From positions 1,922,001 through 1,986,000 of the forward strand of contig NC_058368.1 in assembly GCF_018350175.1 (NCBI RefSeq): a stretch of 64,000 nucleotides of DNA, written 5' to 3'. Below are positions 1 to 12,149 of the stretch, in pieces. The notes beneath the pieces were generated by a model. That model was not told the origin of the DNA. It saw nothing but the letters and a program-made list of their open reading frames with translations, and searched no databases. Position 1 is the first letter of the stretch. Each line of letters begins with the position of its first letter. This stretch comes from Felis catus. Taxonomy: Eukaryota. A program made the translations under genes and the position numbers.

Positions 1-215
1 GGGCACCTGGGTGGCTCAGTCAGTTAAGCGTCTGACTTCGGCTCAGGTCATGACCTCACAGTTCGTGAGTTTGAGCCCCGCGTCGGGCTCTGTGCTGACA
101 GCTCAGAGCCTGGAGCCTGCTTCCGATTCTGTGGCCCTCCCCCACTCACACTCTGTCTCTTTCTGTCTCTCTCTCTTGAGAATAAGTAAACATTAAAAAA
201 AAAAAAAAAGAAAGA
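1..215 (+). mobile_element. Can-SINE
   Basis: GGGCACCTGGGTGGCTCAGTCAGTTAAG head, CT-rich region, A-tail. Confidence 0.95.
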
Positions 216-224
216 AAAGAATAG

Positions 225-815
225 AAAACTTGAACAGTCCTGCAACTATTAAATCAAATCAGTTTAAAATAGTTTTTCCTTTAAGTTCCTGATCCAGATG
301 ATTTTACCAAACAGCAGGGAATAAATCATTCCAATCCTACAACACAAATGTCCAGAGAATACAAAAGACAGAACACTCTTTGACCCATTCTAGTTAGCAT
401 ATCATCATAAATATGCAGATAACCAAAATCAGATGAGAACAACGTGAAACTTACAGGCAAACCTTACCCATGAACAGAGATGGAAAAATCTTGAGAGTTC
501 ACATACTAAATACAACAATGGAATTTTAAAAAAATAAAAATAATAATGTACACTGTGACCAAGTTACTTTATCCCAGGACTACAAATCTGGGTTAACATT
601 AGAAAACTGATGTCTTTTACCACATTAACATACTAAAAGAGAAAGATATGTCATCACAAAAAATGCAGAAACATGTTTAATAAGACCCATGGCTAAGCTT
701 TTCACAAAGTAGGAATAAGTGGAAACTTCCTTAACCAGATAAAAAGAATTCACAAAAAAACCATAACAAACATCACACTAACGTGGAGACAATAAAGGCA
801 TTCCCTTAAACTATC
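225..815 (+). mobile_element. Old L1 ORF2 fragment
   Basis: Decayed L1 motifs (GTGACCAAGT...TTTATCCCAGGA, GGAAACTTCCTTAACC.GATAAA, AAACATCACACT). Confidence 0.75.
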
Positions 816-894
816 CACAAGTGTTAGTATACCATCAGGGTCCTGTGGACTCATTTTTTTGTTTAAAGAACACTCTTTTTAAATTATTTTTTAT

Positions 895-901
895 TAAAAA
901 A

Positions 902-936
<35 letters not shown>

Positions 937-1345
937 AGAAAGACCGCGAGAGGGCAGGAGGGGGCGGAGAGAGAGGGAGAGAGAGTCCCAAGCAGGCCCC
1001 GTGCTGCCAGTGCAGGGCCCGATGCAGGACTGGATCTCACAAACAGTGACATCCTGATCTGAGCTGACCTCGAGAGTTGGGTCCCTGGGTGGCTCAGCCA
1101 GTTAAGTGTAGCATCTGACTTCAGCTCAGGTCGGGACCTAACGGTTTATGGGTTCGAGCCCCACGTCAGGCCCTGTGCTGACAGCTCAGAGCCTAGAACC
1201 TGCTTCCTGTGTCTCCCTCTCTCTCTTCCCCTCCCCCGCTTACACTCTGTCTCTCTCTCTCAAAAATAAATAACCACTTACAAAAAATTAAAAAAAAAAA
1301 AAAAAGAGCTGGAGGCTTAACCTATGGAGCCACTCAGGAGCCCCT
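895..1345 (-). mobile_element. Can-SINE (minus) split by a plus-strand Can-SINE at ~1079-1305
   Basis: Outer body 895-1078 and head 1306-1345. Inner element is flanked by AGAGTTGG/AGAGCTGG. Confidence 0.88.
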
Positions 1346-1440
1346 AATAAGCAAGTTTTTGGTTTTTTTTTTTTTTTTAAGAACTATTTGTAATGCTGGC
1401 TATTTTGTAATTTTTGTTTCTTCTTAACAGTATTAAAAAA

Positions 1441-1995
1441 AATTTTTTTTTTTTTTTAGTTTATTTATTTTGAAAGAGACAGAGTCTGTGTGAGTGGGAG
1501 AGAGGCAGAGAGAGAGGGACTGACAGAATCCCAAGCGGGCTCCACACTGTCAGCACAGAGCTCCATGCAGGGCTCAAATTTACACACTGTGAGATCACGA
1601 CCTAGCTGAAATCAAGAGTCAGAAGCTTAACTGATGGAGCCACCCAGGCGCCCCTCTTAGAGGTATTTCAAAGAATAAATAGAAAATTTACTTTTTAAAA
1701 ATTAGAATAAACTCATTCTAATTTGAAGTCACTTATGAACCTACTAAACCCTTTTCTAAGATTCATAATGGGATCTTAGCCATCTTATTTTTATTACTTT
1801 TTTTAAATGTTTATTTTTGAGAGAGAGAAAGAGAGCAGGGGAGGGGAAGAGAGGGAGGGGGACACAGAATCCAAAGCAGGCTTTACGCTCTGAGCTGTCA
1901 GCCCAGGGCCCAACGTGGGGCTTGAATCACAAGATGCGAGATCATGACCTGAGCCGAAGTTGGATGCTTAACCGACTGAGCCACCCAGGCGCCCC
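1441..1995 (-). mobile_element. Two Can-SINEs (~1441-1655 and ~1785-1995)
   Basis: Each has a T-tail, GA repeat and reverse head GAGCCACCCAGGCGCCCC. Confidence 0.93.
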
Positions 1996-2487
1996 AGCAA
2001 TCATATTTTTAAATATCTTGAAATATTTTGTCCTTTCACCATTCTAAGGACTATGTCATCAGAACTCATCAATTATTCCCAACTATGTTAAGGCTAAAAT
2101 AAGAACAAAATTTAAAAGAAAGAAATGATTAAATCGCCTAGAAAAGTAATGCAATAGCAAATAAATAGCAAATAAATAGCAAATTAAAAAAAAAGTAATG
2201 CAATAGCAAAATAAATCAACACTATTATATTAGCCTCTTTTTTTTCTTTTTTTTTTTTTTTTTACTACCTTGCTCAGAGTAAAGCATGACCTTTCAAGAA
2301 AGGTATAAAAGAAACCTGGAAACAGCATTTTAATAGTCTTTATTTTATTTTAGGTTTCGCTGAATAGTGCTGAGATTTCAGAATTCTTTCTTTTCCTCCC
2401 ATAATGAGAAAGAGAAGAAAACTGACAAGACACAATTATGAGGTGAATCAGAAGATGATGCACAAAGACAAAAGAACAGCACTCTAG

Positions 2488-2690
2488 ATGTGCACAACAC
2501 AGGAGCCACTGGCCACATTCAGTTGTTTCAATTAGTTTAAATTAAATTAAATTAAAAATTTAATTCCTCAGGTGCACTGGCCACATTTCTAGTGTTTAAT
2601 AGCCAAGTGTTACTAATGGTTATCACGTTAGACAACACAGATATAGAAAATCCTATCACTGCAGAAAATTCTAATGGACAGACTCCATTA
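2488..2690. mobile_element. MER3/MER33-like hAT-Charlie MITE
   Basis: GCCACT.GCCACAT ... GCCACATTTC.AGTG.T.AATAGCCA ... TCACTGCAGAAA.TTCTA.TGGACAG pattern following CTCTAGA. Confidence 0.75.
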
Positions 2691-2726
2691 ATGATGATAA
2701 AATCGATCATATAAATGTAATCTCAG

Positions 2727-2850
2727 AAGCACCTGGATGGCTCAGTCGGTTAAACGTCTGGACTTGATCTCGGCTCAGGTCATGATCTCAGGGTTCACAG
2801 GACCAAGCCCCACATCATACTCTGTGCTGAGAGCGCAGAGCCTGCTTGGG

Positions 2851-2894
<44 letters not shown>

Positions 2895-2990
2895 CCTCCC
2901 TCCCTCCCTCCCTCCCTCTCTCTCTCTGCCCTCCCTGCCCCTTTGTATGCACTCTCAAAATAAACATATAAACTTAAAAAAAAAAAAATC
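2727..2990 (+). mobile_element. Can-SINE with expanded (CT)n(CCCT)n microsatellite
   Basis: Head, long CT tract at 2852-2935, A-tail, flanking AATCTCAGA direct repeat. Confidence 0.93.
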
Positions 2991-3026
2991 TCAGACCCTG
3001 TGTCTATAGATGACAATGTTCCAGAC

Positions 3027-3233
3027 CACTGGTTCTCAACTGAGGCAATTTTGATCCCCCAGGGGATGTCTGGCAATGTCTAGAGACACTTTTGTTGTCA
3101 CAACTGGGAAGTGCTACTGGCAACTAGTGAACCAGGGTTAAGGATGCTGCTAAAAATACCTGATGCACACAGCAGACCACAGCAAGAATTATCCAGCCCA
3201 AAACGTCAACAGTGGCAAAGATGAGAAACCTTG
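3027..3233. mobile_element. MER20 DNA transposon (hAT-Charlie)
   Basis: TGGTTCTCAACTG.GGCAATTTTG...GGCAATGTCT.GAGACA...GTCACAACTGGG...AGGATGCTGCTAAA...GAATTATCCAGCCCAAAA.GTCAA...GAGAAACC. Confidence 0.88.
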
Positions 3234-3849
3234 TCCTAGTTTTCTAGAGAACACAAGAATCAATGAATGAACTATATACTTCCAAGAACAAGAAGGAAAT
3301 GATAGTATCCTCATCCCGTCAGTCATTACACAAGAATCACCTCATTACCCAATACTCTGTAATGAGAACATGGATCAACTTGTTCTGCTCAGAGGATATG
3401 TGACACTTTTTTTTATTCTTACTCTTTAACGAGGTCTGCATAAAAAATTGCTTGATGGAGTTTGTTAAGTGGGCAAGTGTAACAAGGCAGGTGTGTATAC
3501 AAAGGTGATGAAAAATTCACTGTCTTGATCATTCTAATTAGCGTTTACAAACCTAAAAAAGTTATAATTATGATGCAAAGGAACACGGTCACCTTCTCTT
3601 CATCAATGTTCTGTGCCACCAACGTTTGCAAAAGTATCTGTTTTGATGATTCTAGAGCAAGGATCAGAACTACAAGGTAAAACCCGTTAAAGATACAGCA
3701 TCTGACATCTAGCATCAGCACCTACTGCATTTTAACAGTGGCAATGCCATAACCAGAAGTAATGACAGAACCTATGAGAATTACATGAAATCTGGAATCG
3801 GTATTTACCAATCAGAAGAACGCAAAGAGACACAGGGCCACACTCTAGA

Positions 3850-4034
3850 CGTGTGCTGCCCAATATGGAGGTCACTATCCACCACATGTGGCTATGACAT
3901 GAATTAAAATTTTAGCTCCTCCATGCCACTAGTCCCATTTCGAGTGCTCAATGGCCACATGTCACTAGCCGCTACTGTACTGGAGAGTGCAGGTACAAAA
4001 CATTTCCATCAACCCAGGAAGTTCTGCCGGCACT
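3850..4034. mobile_element. MER3-like hAT-Charlie MITE
   Basis: MER3-type internal motifs and an 8-bp TSD ACTCTAGA at 3842-3849 and 4035-4042. Confidence 0.8.
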
Positions 4035-4134
4035 ACTCTAGAAGAAATTTAATCAACTGAACAACTATTTCCCGAGTGCTAACTTACAAGCTTACCTTGA
4101 CTCATGTGCTTTGATGCAATGCTATCCGATACAT

Positions 4135-4350
4135 TAAAGTACATGTGCCAGGCACTACCCTAAACACTTCCTTTTAATGTAAATGAAATCGTTTAATTCT
4201 CACATTAACTGCACGAGATAGATATTACGATTTTTCTATTGTAGAGACGAAGAAACAGATCCACAGAGGTTAACTGACGTGCCAGATGTCGCACAGCTAC
4301 TTGGAGGTTAGAGCCAAGAAGAATCCAAACAGTCTGGCTCCAGAGCTGCT
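4135..4350 (-). mobile_element. MIR
   Basis: ATGTGCCAGGCACT...TTTAATTCTCACA...GAAGAAACAGA...AGAGGTTAACTGAC.TGCC.GA.GTC.CACAGCTA core. Confidence 0.8.
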
Positions 4351-4779
4351 GTGTTATACTCAATTTCTAAATTTCAACAATTTCTCATGTGTCTAATAAA
4401 GCAACAGGGTGACTTTCCTAATATCTCATCCAAGTAGCTTACTATCACACTACTACTGTTATCTAATTAGTCCTCTAGCCCAGCCACAAACCACAGAATA
4501 AAGACAGACCAGCTTTCTAACATTATTAATTTTATCCAGAGTGAGGTCAAATAATTTTATATTAAAACAGAGACATTATGAATCACAATGAAATTTCTGT
4601 TAACTTCTAAGGAAAAAGTTGAGAAATTTGGGGCTTCTATAAGCTATTGCAGGATACTCCCAGCTTCCCTGAAATATATATTCACTCTCCTTTACCATAA
4701 GAGTCACTGTGGCGTTAAACACTTTTTTTAATATTAGAATATTAATGTCCCCCACCCCTCCTCCCAGCTTTTTGCTTAT

Positions 4780-5900
4780 AATCTCATCATCTCTTTGCTG
4801 CACAATTTTAACAGCCTCCTAACTGGTCTTCCTACCTCACATTGCTTCCCTCAGTCAGATTTTCACATATGGAACCACAGATCTGACAAGTCACACTACT
4901 GGGGACATTCAAGCTGAATTATTTTGGCAAATAAGGCCTTAAGATAACTCAGCCCCTTGCCTGCTTCCCTAGGCTCATCACAAAGTACTCCCTTCCTCAT
5001 TTATTTGTACACACTTTTTTCATTCAACAAATATTACTGAGCAAATACTATGTGCAAACAAGCTAACACATATTAGAGTCTAGCAAAGGAGACCAACATT
5101 TATTTGTTAATCGCACAAATAAGTGTAAAATCTCAAATGTGCTAGGTGTTATGAAAGAACTACACAGTTATCTAAGAGTAGGACATGTAAGTCTCACCTT
5201 TCAGGGAAGCTGAAGAAGGCCTTCCTGGAAAAGTGACCATGGAGAGACCTGAAGGCTTAGATGAAAGTGAAGAATATTCTAGGCAGAGGGAAAGATATAT
5301 GAAAGGTCCTGAGGCAGAATGAAGAACAGGAGAAAGACTGAAAGAGAACAAGTATGGCTGATGCAGAGAAAAAGCAGAAGGTTTCTAAGAAGCCAAAAAG
5401 ACAAAACTTACTCAGAGCCTTGCAAAGAGCAAGCACTAATAAAACCTCAATTCAAACCTGGGTAATCTGCCTCTGAAACCTACTACTATGTTATCTGCCT
5501 TCCCCTACAGCAGTCTGTTCATATTATTTCAGCCCATAAACTATTACCAAATGCTCACTATATGCCAGGCAATGTGGTTCAGACACAACCATGAGTCAAT
5601 GATAAGCAAAAACAAACAGAAGCCCTGTCCTCGTGAAGCTTACAATCCAGTAGTCAATTGTATAATCAAATAAATAGCATAAAATGGCAGGTGTAATAAA
5701 TATCACTAAAGTGGATGAAGCTATGAAAAAATAATGTACCCTAAGAGTGGTCAGGCTACTTTGATAAAATAAACAACTACATTAAGATCTGAAGAATTAA
5801 ACGTTAACTAGGCAGAAAAAGGAGAAGGGTGTTCCAAGCCAAGAGAAGACATACACTTAAGGGCCTGGAAGGAAAGTATCAAATGTGATGGCCTGAAGCC
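4780..5900. mobile_element. L2 fragments
   Basis: AACAGCCTCCTAACTGGTCT, TTCATTCAACAAATATT.CTGAGCA...CTATGTGC and AGGCTTCCTGGA.AAGTGAC are L2-type motifs. Confidence 0.65.
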
Positions 5901-5914
5901 CAGCATGCTATAGC

Positions 5915-6060
5915 CAAAGGCCAGCTTCCTGGATGTGTGACCTGTGCAGTCTCACAGGGTCCAACCCTCAACAGGGCCCCTGGCTTAATGTGACACTCAG
6001 CTGTCACCGTCCTGAAATTCTTAATGATTTTATTTCCGAACTTGTGTTTCAAAGCCCAAT
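5915..6060. mobile_element. MER45-like hAT-Tip100 element
   Basis: GGCCAGCTTC.TGG.TGTGTGACCTGTGCAGTC.CACAGGG...GGGCCCC...CTGTCACCGTC.TGAAATTCTTAAT. Confidence 0.8.
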
Positions 6061-6385
6061 TTTATTTGCTAGCAAGATTATGCTTAACTAGCACCCATTA
6101 AACACATCTGCAGAAATGGGATGGCCTGACTTATAAATCAAATTTTATTCACCTTGAGCCATGATACAGCTTTTATTTTCTTTGAGATAAAAAATGAACA
6201 GTCAAGAAGGCAGTCACAGATTTTAAAAACACATGCAATATTCAATCTTATCAGAATGACATTAATTATATGTGATTCAATGTTTTATATTGTAAAAAAT
6301 TCAACCTATATGGAAACATAGAAAGGACTCTTGCCACTTCCAATCCCATTCTCTAGACAGCCATTCTTAAAAGTTTAGCATACAT

Positions 6386-6560
6386 GGGGTGCCTGGGTGG
6401 CTCAGTCAGTTAAGTGTCCAACTTCTGCTCAGGTCATAATCTCACGGTTCATGAGCAGTTAGACCGCTTCGAATTCTGTGTGTCCCTCTCTCTCTGCCCC
6501 TCCCCAGCTCGCACTGTCTCTCTCTCAAAAAATAAACATTTAAAAAAAAAAAAAAAAACC
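6386..6560 (+). mobile_element. Can-SINE with internal deletion
   Basis: Head and tail present; the central ~40 nt are absent. Confidence 0.88.
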
Positions 6561-6834
6561 TCTAAAAAAAAGAATATCACCACTATTTTTATTGTACTTT
6601 TTTCCCCCAATTCCTAGTTTATTAAGTTTTACATAAAATGCTGTTAAACTTTATCAACTGCCTTTGGGGTATCTATGATTTCAAAGGTCTTTTCACATTT
6701 CTCCAGATCACTGGCTATGTTCCAATTAGTGGGGTTTAACACAAATCCAACTGCAAAATACACACTTAATTGAATTTTAAATAAAAATTCCCCACTAACT
6801 AGTTTTTTTTTAAAAAAAAAGAATTATATTAGTG

Positions 6835-6900
6835 GGTGATGGGATGAGCACTGGGTTTTGTACGGAAACCAATCTGACAATAAATTATATTTAATATTAA
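6835..6900 (+). mobile_element. Extremely 5'-truncated felid L1 3' end
   Basis: GGGATGAGCACTGGGT.TTGTA.GGAAACCAAT.TGACAATAAA plus A-tail, flanked by AAAAGAATTATA(T/C)TAGTG repeats. Confidence 0.8.
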
Positions 6901-8164
6901 AAAAGAATTATACTAGTGCCAGTATTCTAATATCCAGTGCCACAGCAGACAAAACTGAAATAAATAAAAATGCTTACTCAATATAAAGCATCTTTCCAAT
7001 AAAAAAAGTAAATGCTACAATCAAAATTCTTAAATTTATGACATGTGCATCACTGATCAGAAAAAAATAAAAGCACTGTACCTGATACACAGGATGGGCT
7101 CAGGAAACACCAACTGTTAAACAAATGTTCAAATATTCCCGAAGTACGGCATTTGGTTCTGTCAGACCTTCATGCAAATGTATCCCTCTACCTGAGATAC
7201 CACTATCCAACTGGAAACTTCCAAACTGTCGGCCATTGACAACTCAGCTTAAGGATTACCTGTTCCAAGAGCCCTTCCCAAGGTCCCCACCTCAGTCTGA
7301 GACAGCTGTCCCTCCTCTGTACTCTCACAGAGCACTATTTAGCCTTTCATTACGTTACTTATCAGCTGCTGATCGTTTTGCCTTTCTCCCTCATTACACT
7401 ATACGCTCCTTTCTAGACAGGTCTTTCTCCTATCTCCTTAGCACACAGAGCATTATGCCTAGCAAACACATACTGAAGAAATGCTCCAGAATGGGTGAGT
7501 GGCCAGAGACTTAATTCCAGATCCAAAGTAGCTCTGTGACCACAGGCAAATCACTTACCATCTCTGAATCTCAGATTTTCTTTATTAAGCTTCATATCTC
7601 TTCTATTTCCTTCACAGGATTGATGTGAGAATCAGATAAGAATTTTTGGTATCGCACTACAATTTTGTAGATGCTTTCAAAATACTAACTAGATTCCACC
7701 ACAATAAAAACCATGAAAACCAGTCATGAATCTCTAATGAAAGCTGCATTTATATTTATTAAATCCATTTTGGTTTAAAAAAGATATAGTAAATTATTTT
7801 TCTATGAAGTATCAGTTAACATATGTACTCCATACTTTCTTATGTCAGCGCTATGCAGACTCGCTAAGGGCAATCCCTAAGAGCTCAAGTGAGCCAGGAA
7901 AACAAAACCAAGGAAATTCAAGAATATAAACAAATAAAGCACTCTTCGGGTTTATTATTCAAATGAATGTGATACTAATATTAAAAGAATACATTTTCCA
8001 TTAGGATGTCTCTAAAATCAAAACACACCCTACATTTTATATCTGTTCATGCGCACACACAAAACGGAAACAAACTTCCTTTAAAATTCATTTACAATGA
8101 AGTGAACAGAGAAAAGCACAGGAACATATGGATTGTACAATTTTCACTGATGTAAAAAAAAAAT

Positions 8165-8216
8165 ACTTTTTTTATTTTGAGAGAGAGCGCACTAATGCAC
8201 GCATGAGCATAGAGGG

Positions 8217-8251
<35 letters not shown>

Positions 8252-8939
8252 CCCAAGCAGGATTCACTGACTGTCAGCACAGAACCCAACACAGGGCTCA
8301 ATCTCATGAACCGTGAGATCATGACCTGAGCCAAAAACAAGAGCTGGACGCTCAACCAACTGCACCCCCCAGGCACCCCAATCCGTTTTTTAAAAATACA
8401 TTTAAAAAATGATATGTGTCCTTCTTCGGGGAGAGGTGGGAGGGAAGAGTTATGCAGCCTCAGAACATGGTCCCTGTCACCCCTTGGTCCTAGCTACAAG
8501 GTTTAGATGTGATTCTGTTAACCCTGGGGCCTACCAGTTCTACACATCCTGCGTGCTGGATGCATCTACAAACGTAAAATTGCTATCAGCATTATAGAGG
8601 CTGTGTCAGTCTTGTGCTGGTCCCATTGATTTACGATTACCCACAAATAAATATTTACATGTTGAAAAAGAAACAAAAAAATAAAAAATAAACATGACTA
8701 CGCTCTTATATGCCTAGAGATTATTTTTTAATTTTTTTTAATGTTTATTTATTTTGGAGAGAGAGATACAGAGCGTGATCGGGGTAGGAGCAGAGAGACA
8801 GGGAGACACAGAATCCGAAGCAGGCTCCAGGCTCTGAGCTGTCAGCACAGAACCCGACGCGGGACTCGAACCACCAACTGCGAGATCATGACCTGAGCCG
8901 AAGTCGGGCGCCCAACCGACTGAGCCACCCAGGTGTCCC
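8165..8939 (-). mobile_element. Two Can-SINEs (~8165-8380 and ~8722-8939) within a decayed L1 3' remnant
   Basis: Reverse SINE heads and tails. The second has ATGC(CT/TC)AGAGATT flanking repeats. Confidence 0.9.
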
Positions 8940-9989
8940 TATGCTCAGAGATTTCTAATATATGCACCCAAGAAACAGAACTGTCTGAAGAGATGGAACA
9001 GGAGCTTAGGGAACTTTTACGTTCCCCTATACACCCTTCTGCGCAGCTTGAATTTTTTACTATTCAGAAGGCATCTCCAAGATTTCTAAAATTAAGAATA
9101 TTTATAGCATTCTCATTAACATAAAAAAGGAAAAACTATATAATGGGTATTATAAAAGCACAGGAAAAAAGGTATATTCAAATTTAATATGGACTGCTTA
9201 AGGAGGCAGACTGAGAGTGGGGAAAGGAAGAAGAGACTCGTTATTCTGTGTATTTGTGTGCTGTTGCTATATTTTAAAATAATATGTTCCAGTACTGCTG
9301 TTATAATTTTAAATAACAGAAAATGTGTCTACAACATCACATTTTCAGGTCTGCAATGTAACCTGCTAAATTCATGCAGTCAGAGATAAGACTCTTACTG
9401 ATAAGAATGTTATTAGCACAGAAGTATGATCCACATTACTTACTCTAGTATGCATTTAATATCCTCTCAAAAATTCAGGGTTGGGTATCTTAAACAAAAA
9501 GCTGGTAACTGAAATCTTTTTTGGGGAAGAAACGTTCAGCACCTACTTACATAACTTTCCATTTGCACAATGTTTTCAGAATAACTTCACCTGCACAGTT
9601 ACTAACCTACAAAAGTCCATCCTCATTCTAGTTTGTTCACCTTCAAATTTATTTTCTAGCAAGTAACCTCGCTTGAATCAGAAGATTAAGCAGTATTTAC
9701 AAGAATCTATAGAAAATGCTCCCTATCACTATTTGAGACAGAGGAAAATCACTCTTTATGGTGAGATCTATAAGATCAATGAATGCATTTTTCCCTCTAA
9801 AGGTCTAATACACGATTTGGCAGCTTATCCAATAACCTAATTAGGACTGAATATAGATGTTTACAAAGAAGCAACTGCAATATCCAAAAACACATTTCAA
9901 AATTTCCCACCAAGCAATAAATGTAACATTTATGGTATTATAAATACGTTGACTTTAAGAAGCAACATGATTGAGTAAAAAAAAAAATT

Positions 9990-11225
9990 TTAAGCTCTGG
10001 AACAGGAGTGATCTAGGTTCTGAATCACTCTTATCACTAATTTGTTCTGTGACCTACCTTTGGCAAGTCACTTCTACCTCTTTGAACCTCAGTTTCCCCA
10101 TCTGTAGAATGGAAGGGAGAATGCTTAGACTAGGTGCTTATTGCTCAGGGTCTCTACTTCCTTAGAAAAGCTGATAAAAATCTATAAACCCTATTACCAA
10201 AAACGTATGTTTGCATCAAAAAATTTGTTTTAATTTCCTTCTGATAGCCATTGTGGACTCTCTAAGACCTGTGTACTAAATAAAGATGTCTTGAGATTCT
10301 TCTGCAAACTAAAATTCGATGCCAATTTTCATAAAAGAAGTCTATGGACTACCAAATGAAAAAACTAAGCAAAGTGATTGTGAAAGACATCACTAATTAC
10401 TTTGAATCCCAAAACATAGTAACAACTAAAATATATAGCAATTTCCTATAAGCGATATTTCTTCAGATGGATAAATGCTAAAACCATTCACCCTTTTAAA
10501 AGGTATCTTCATGCTTAACAGTTGAGGATTTAACAATCTTAACTATTCCCAAATGAATTAATATATTAGCTTTCTAGTCCCACTTCCCTTTAGATTAAGA
10601 ACCACAAACTGGTAACAGACAGACTTGAGTTAAAGTTCCCACTCTACCACTTTCCTCGAAAATTTGGGTAAATTACTTAGCATGTTTGAGCCTCTTAATC
10701 TATAAAAGGAAAATGAAAGTAATAATAACCACCTCATAGTTAGTAACGATTAAAGTTAACGTACGTAGAGCGCTTGGCATAGTGCCTCGCACACAGTAAG
10801 CACTTAATAAAGTGAACTGTTATTACTAGTAATAAACTGGAATACAGCTTTCGTGTTGAGAAATAACGCCATAATTGTTACTTACACATTTGTGAATAGT
10901 AAGTGGAAGCTTCCCAAAACAAATTTCCTAATTTTAATAACTTTTTTTTCAGTACTTTACTCTGGAAAGATTAAAAAGTATGTAAACAGGTATCTACACA
11001 ACATATATAAGAAGTGGTGAGATAGAGTGGAAACAGCCCCAACTTTAGAGCCAGACAGATCTGAGTTCTGAACCTAAATCATCAACTCAGTTATTATGTA
11101 ACCTGTGCCACTTAAACTTTCTCTCTCAACCCTGTAAAGCTGTTGCCAGGATTAATAGAGTATGTAAAGCATCAAACACAGTATCTGGCATATAGTATGC
11201 ACTCAATAAACAGTACTTATTACTA
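9990..11225 (+). mobile_element. MIR copies (~9990-10115, ~10610-10830, ~11015-11225)
   Basis: GGCAAGTCACTT..CCTCT.TGAACCTCAGTTTCC.CATCTGTA.AATGG and GTA.AGCGCTTGGCATAGTGCCT.GCACACAGTAAGCACT.AATAAA motifs. Confidence 0.8.
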
Positions 11226-12149
11226 TTCTTCTCAGCTACTCCGTTACAGATGATAAAACTAGCTTTGCCAAGGAAGAGGACAGGTACTAGCAAACACAAA
11301 TGCTAATTAATATTCAGGCCAGTGATGAAAGACACTAATTTTATCTTATCAATGTAAGAACTAAAGCAATGCTTTTGGGGGTCACATACTCCTTCCAGAG
11401 CCTAATACAAATAGAGTCCCTGGCTCTTAGAAATTTTTTCAGATGTTTCAGGAAACACCACGTCAGGGATTTTAAGAACCTTGTATTAAGGGGGAATACT
11501 AGCTAGTTTTTTTCTGGACTTAACTTACAAGAGTCTGAAAACTTTATCTACTCAGTTCTGTGACTAAAAGATTCACTTAGCTTTGCTCATAATGAAGCAA
11601 ATATATCCTACTTTCATTAGACTTCTCAATTTCGTTAGCTAAATTTCATGCGCTATCTGGTGTTGCGTGTGAAACAAAACTTTATAAATCCAACTAGAAA
11701 CTATGCTAGAATTAGTTCAAACACTTTTAAATGTGATGTTCGAACACATAATCCAAGCACTAAACCGAAAGGAAAAATGTTCAAAAAAACAACGAATCTG
11801 GCTGTGTTAGATTCTTGGAAAGGCTGGATCAATTCAAGCAATTTACTGAGCCTCTAACTTCCAACAAACATCTACAAACGCGGAGATCAAAACTTACAAA
11901 AACAAAACCGAGCCAAAAAATGCATACGCAGTTTACGAGTAACTGAATATGGTTTATCCTTACTTCTACTCCCTGCGTGGATTATTTTCTTTAAATCCCT
12001 TTACTCAGCCTCCTCAAACGCCCTGGGTAAATAACCTACTCATCAAGCTGTTCACTGTACACTGTAAGAACGAAGTCAACGAGCACCTTAGATTCAGCTC
12101 TCCTCAACGTGCGACCCACAGGGAGCTTGGTACTTAATAAAGTTTTGCC

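Noticed and set aside
11..196. Recurring 60-90 aa ORFs such as MAQSVKRLTSAQVM... here and throughout the window
   Set aside because: Translations of Can-SINE sequence, not genes. The SINE heads are tRNA-derived but are not tRNA genes.
4096..4159. Possible 64-nt cryptic (poison) exon in XPO4 intron 1 with a strong AAG|GTAAGC donor
   Set aside because: The acceptor lacks a polypyrimidine tract (AAAAGGAAGTGTTTAG), and there is no transcript evidence available.
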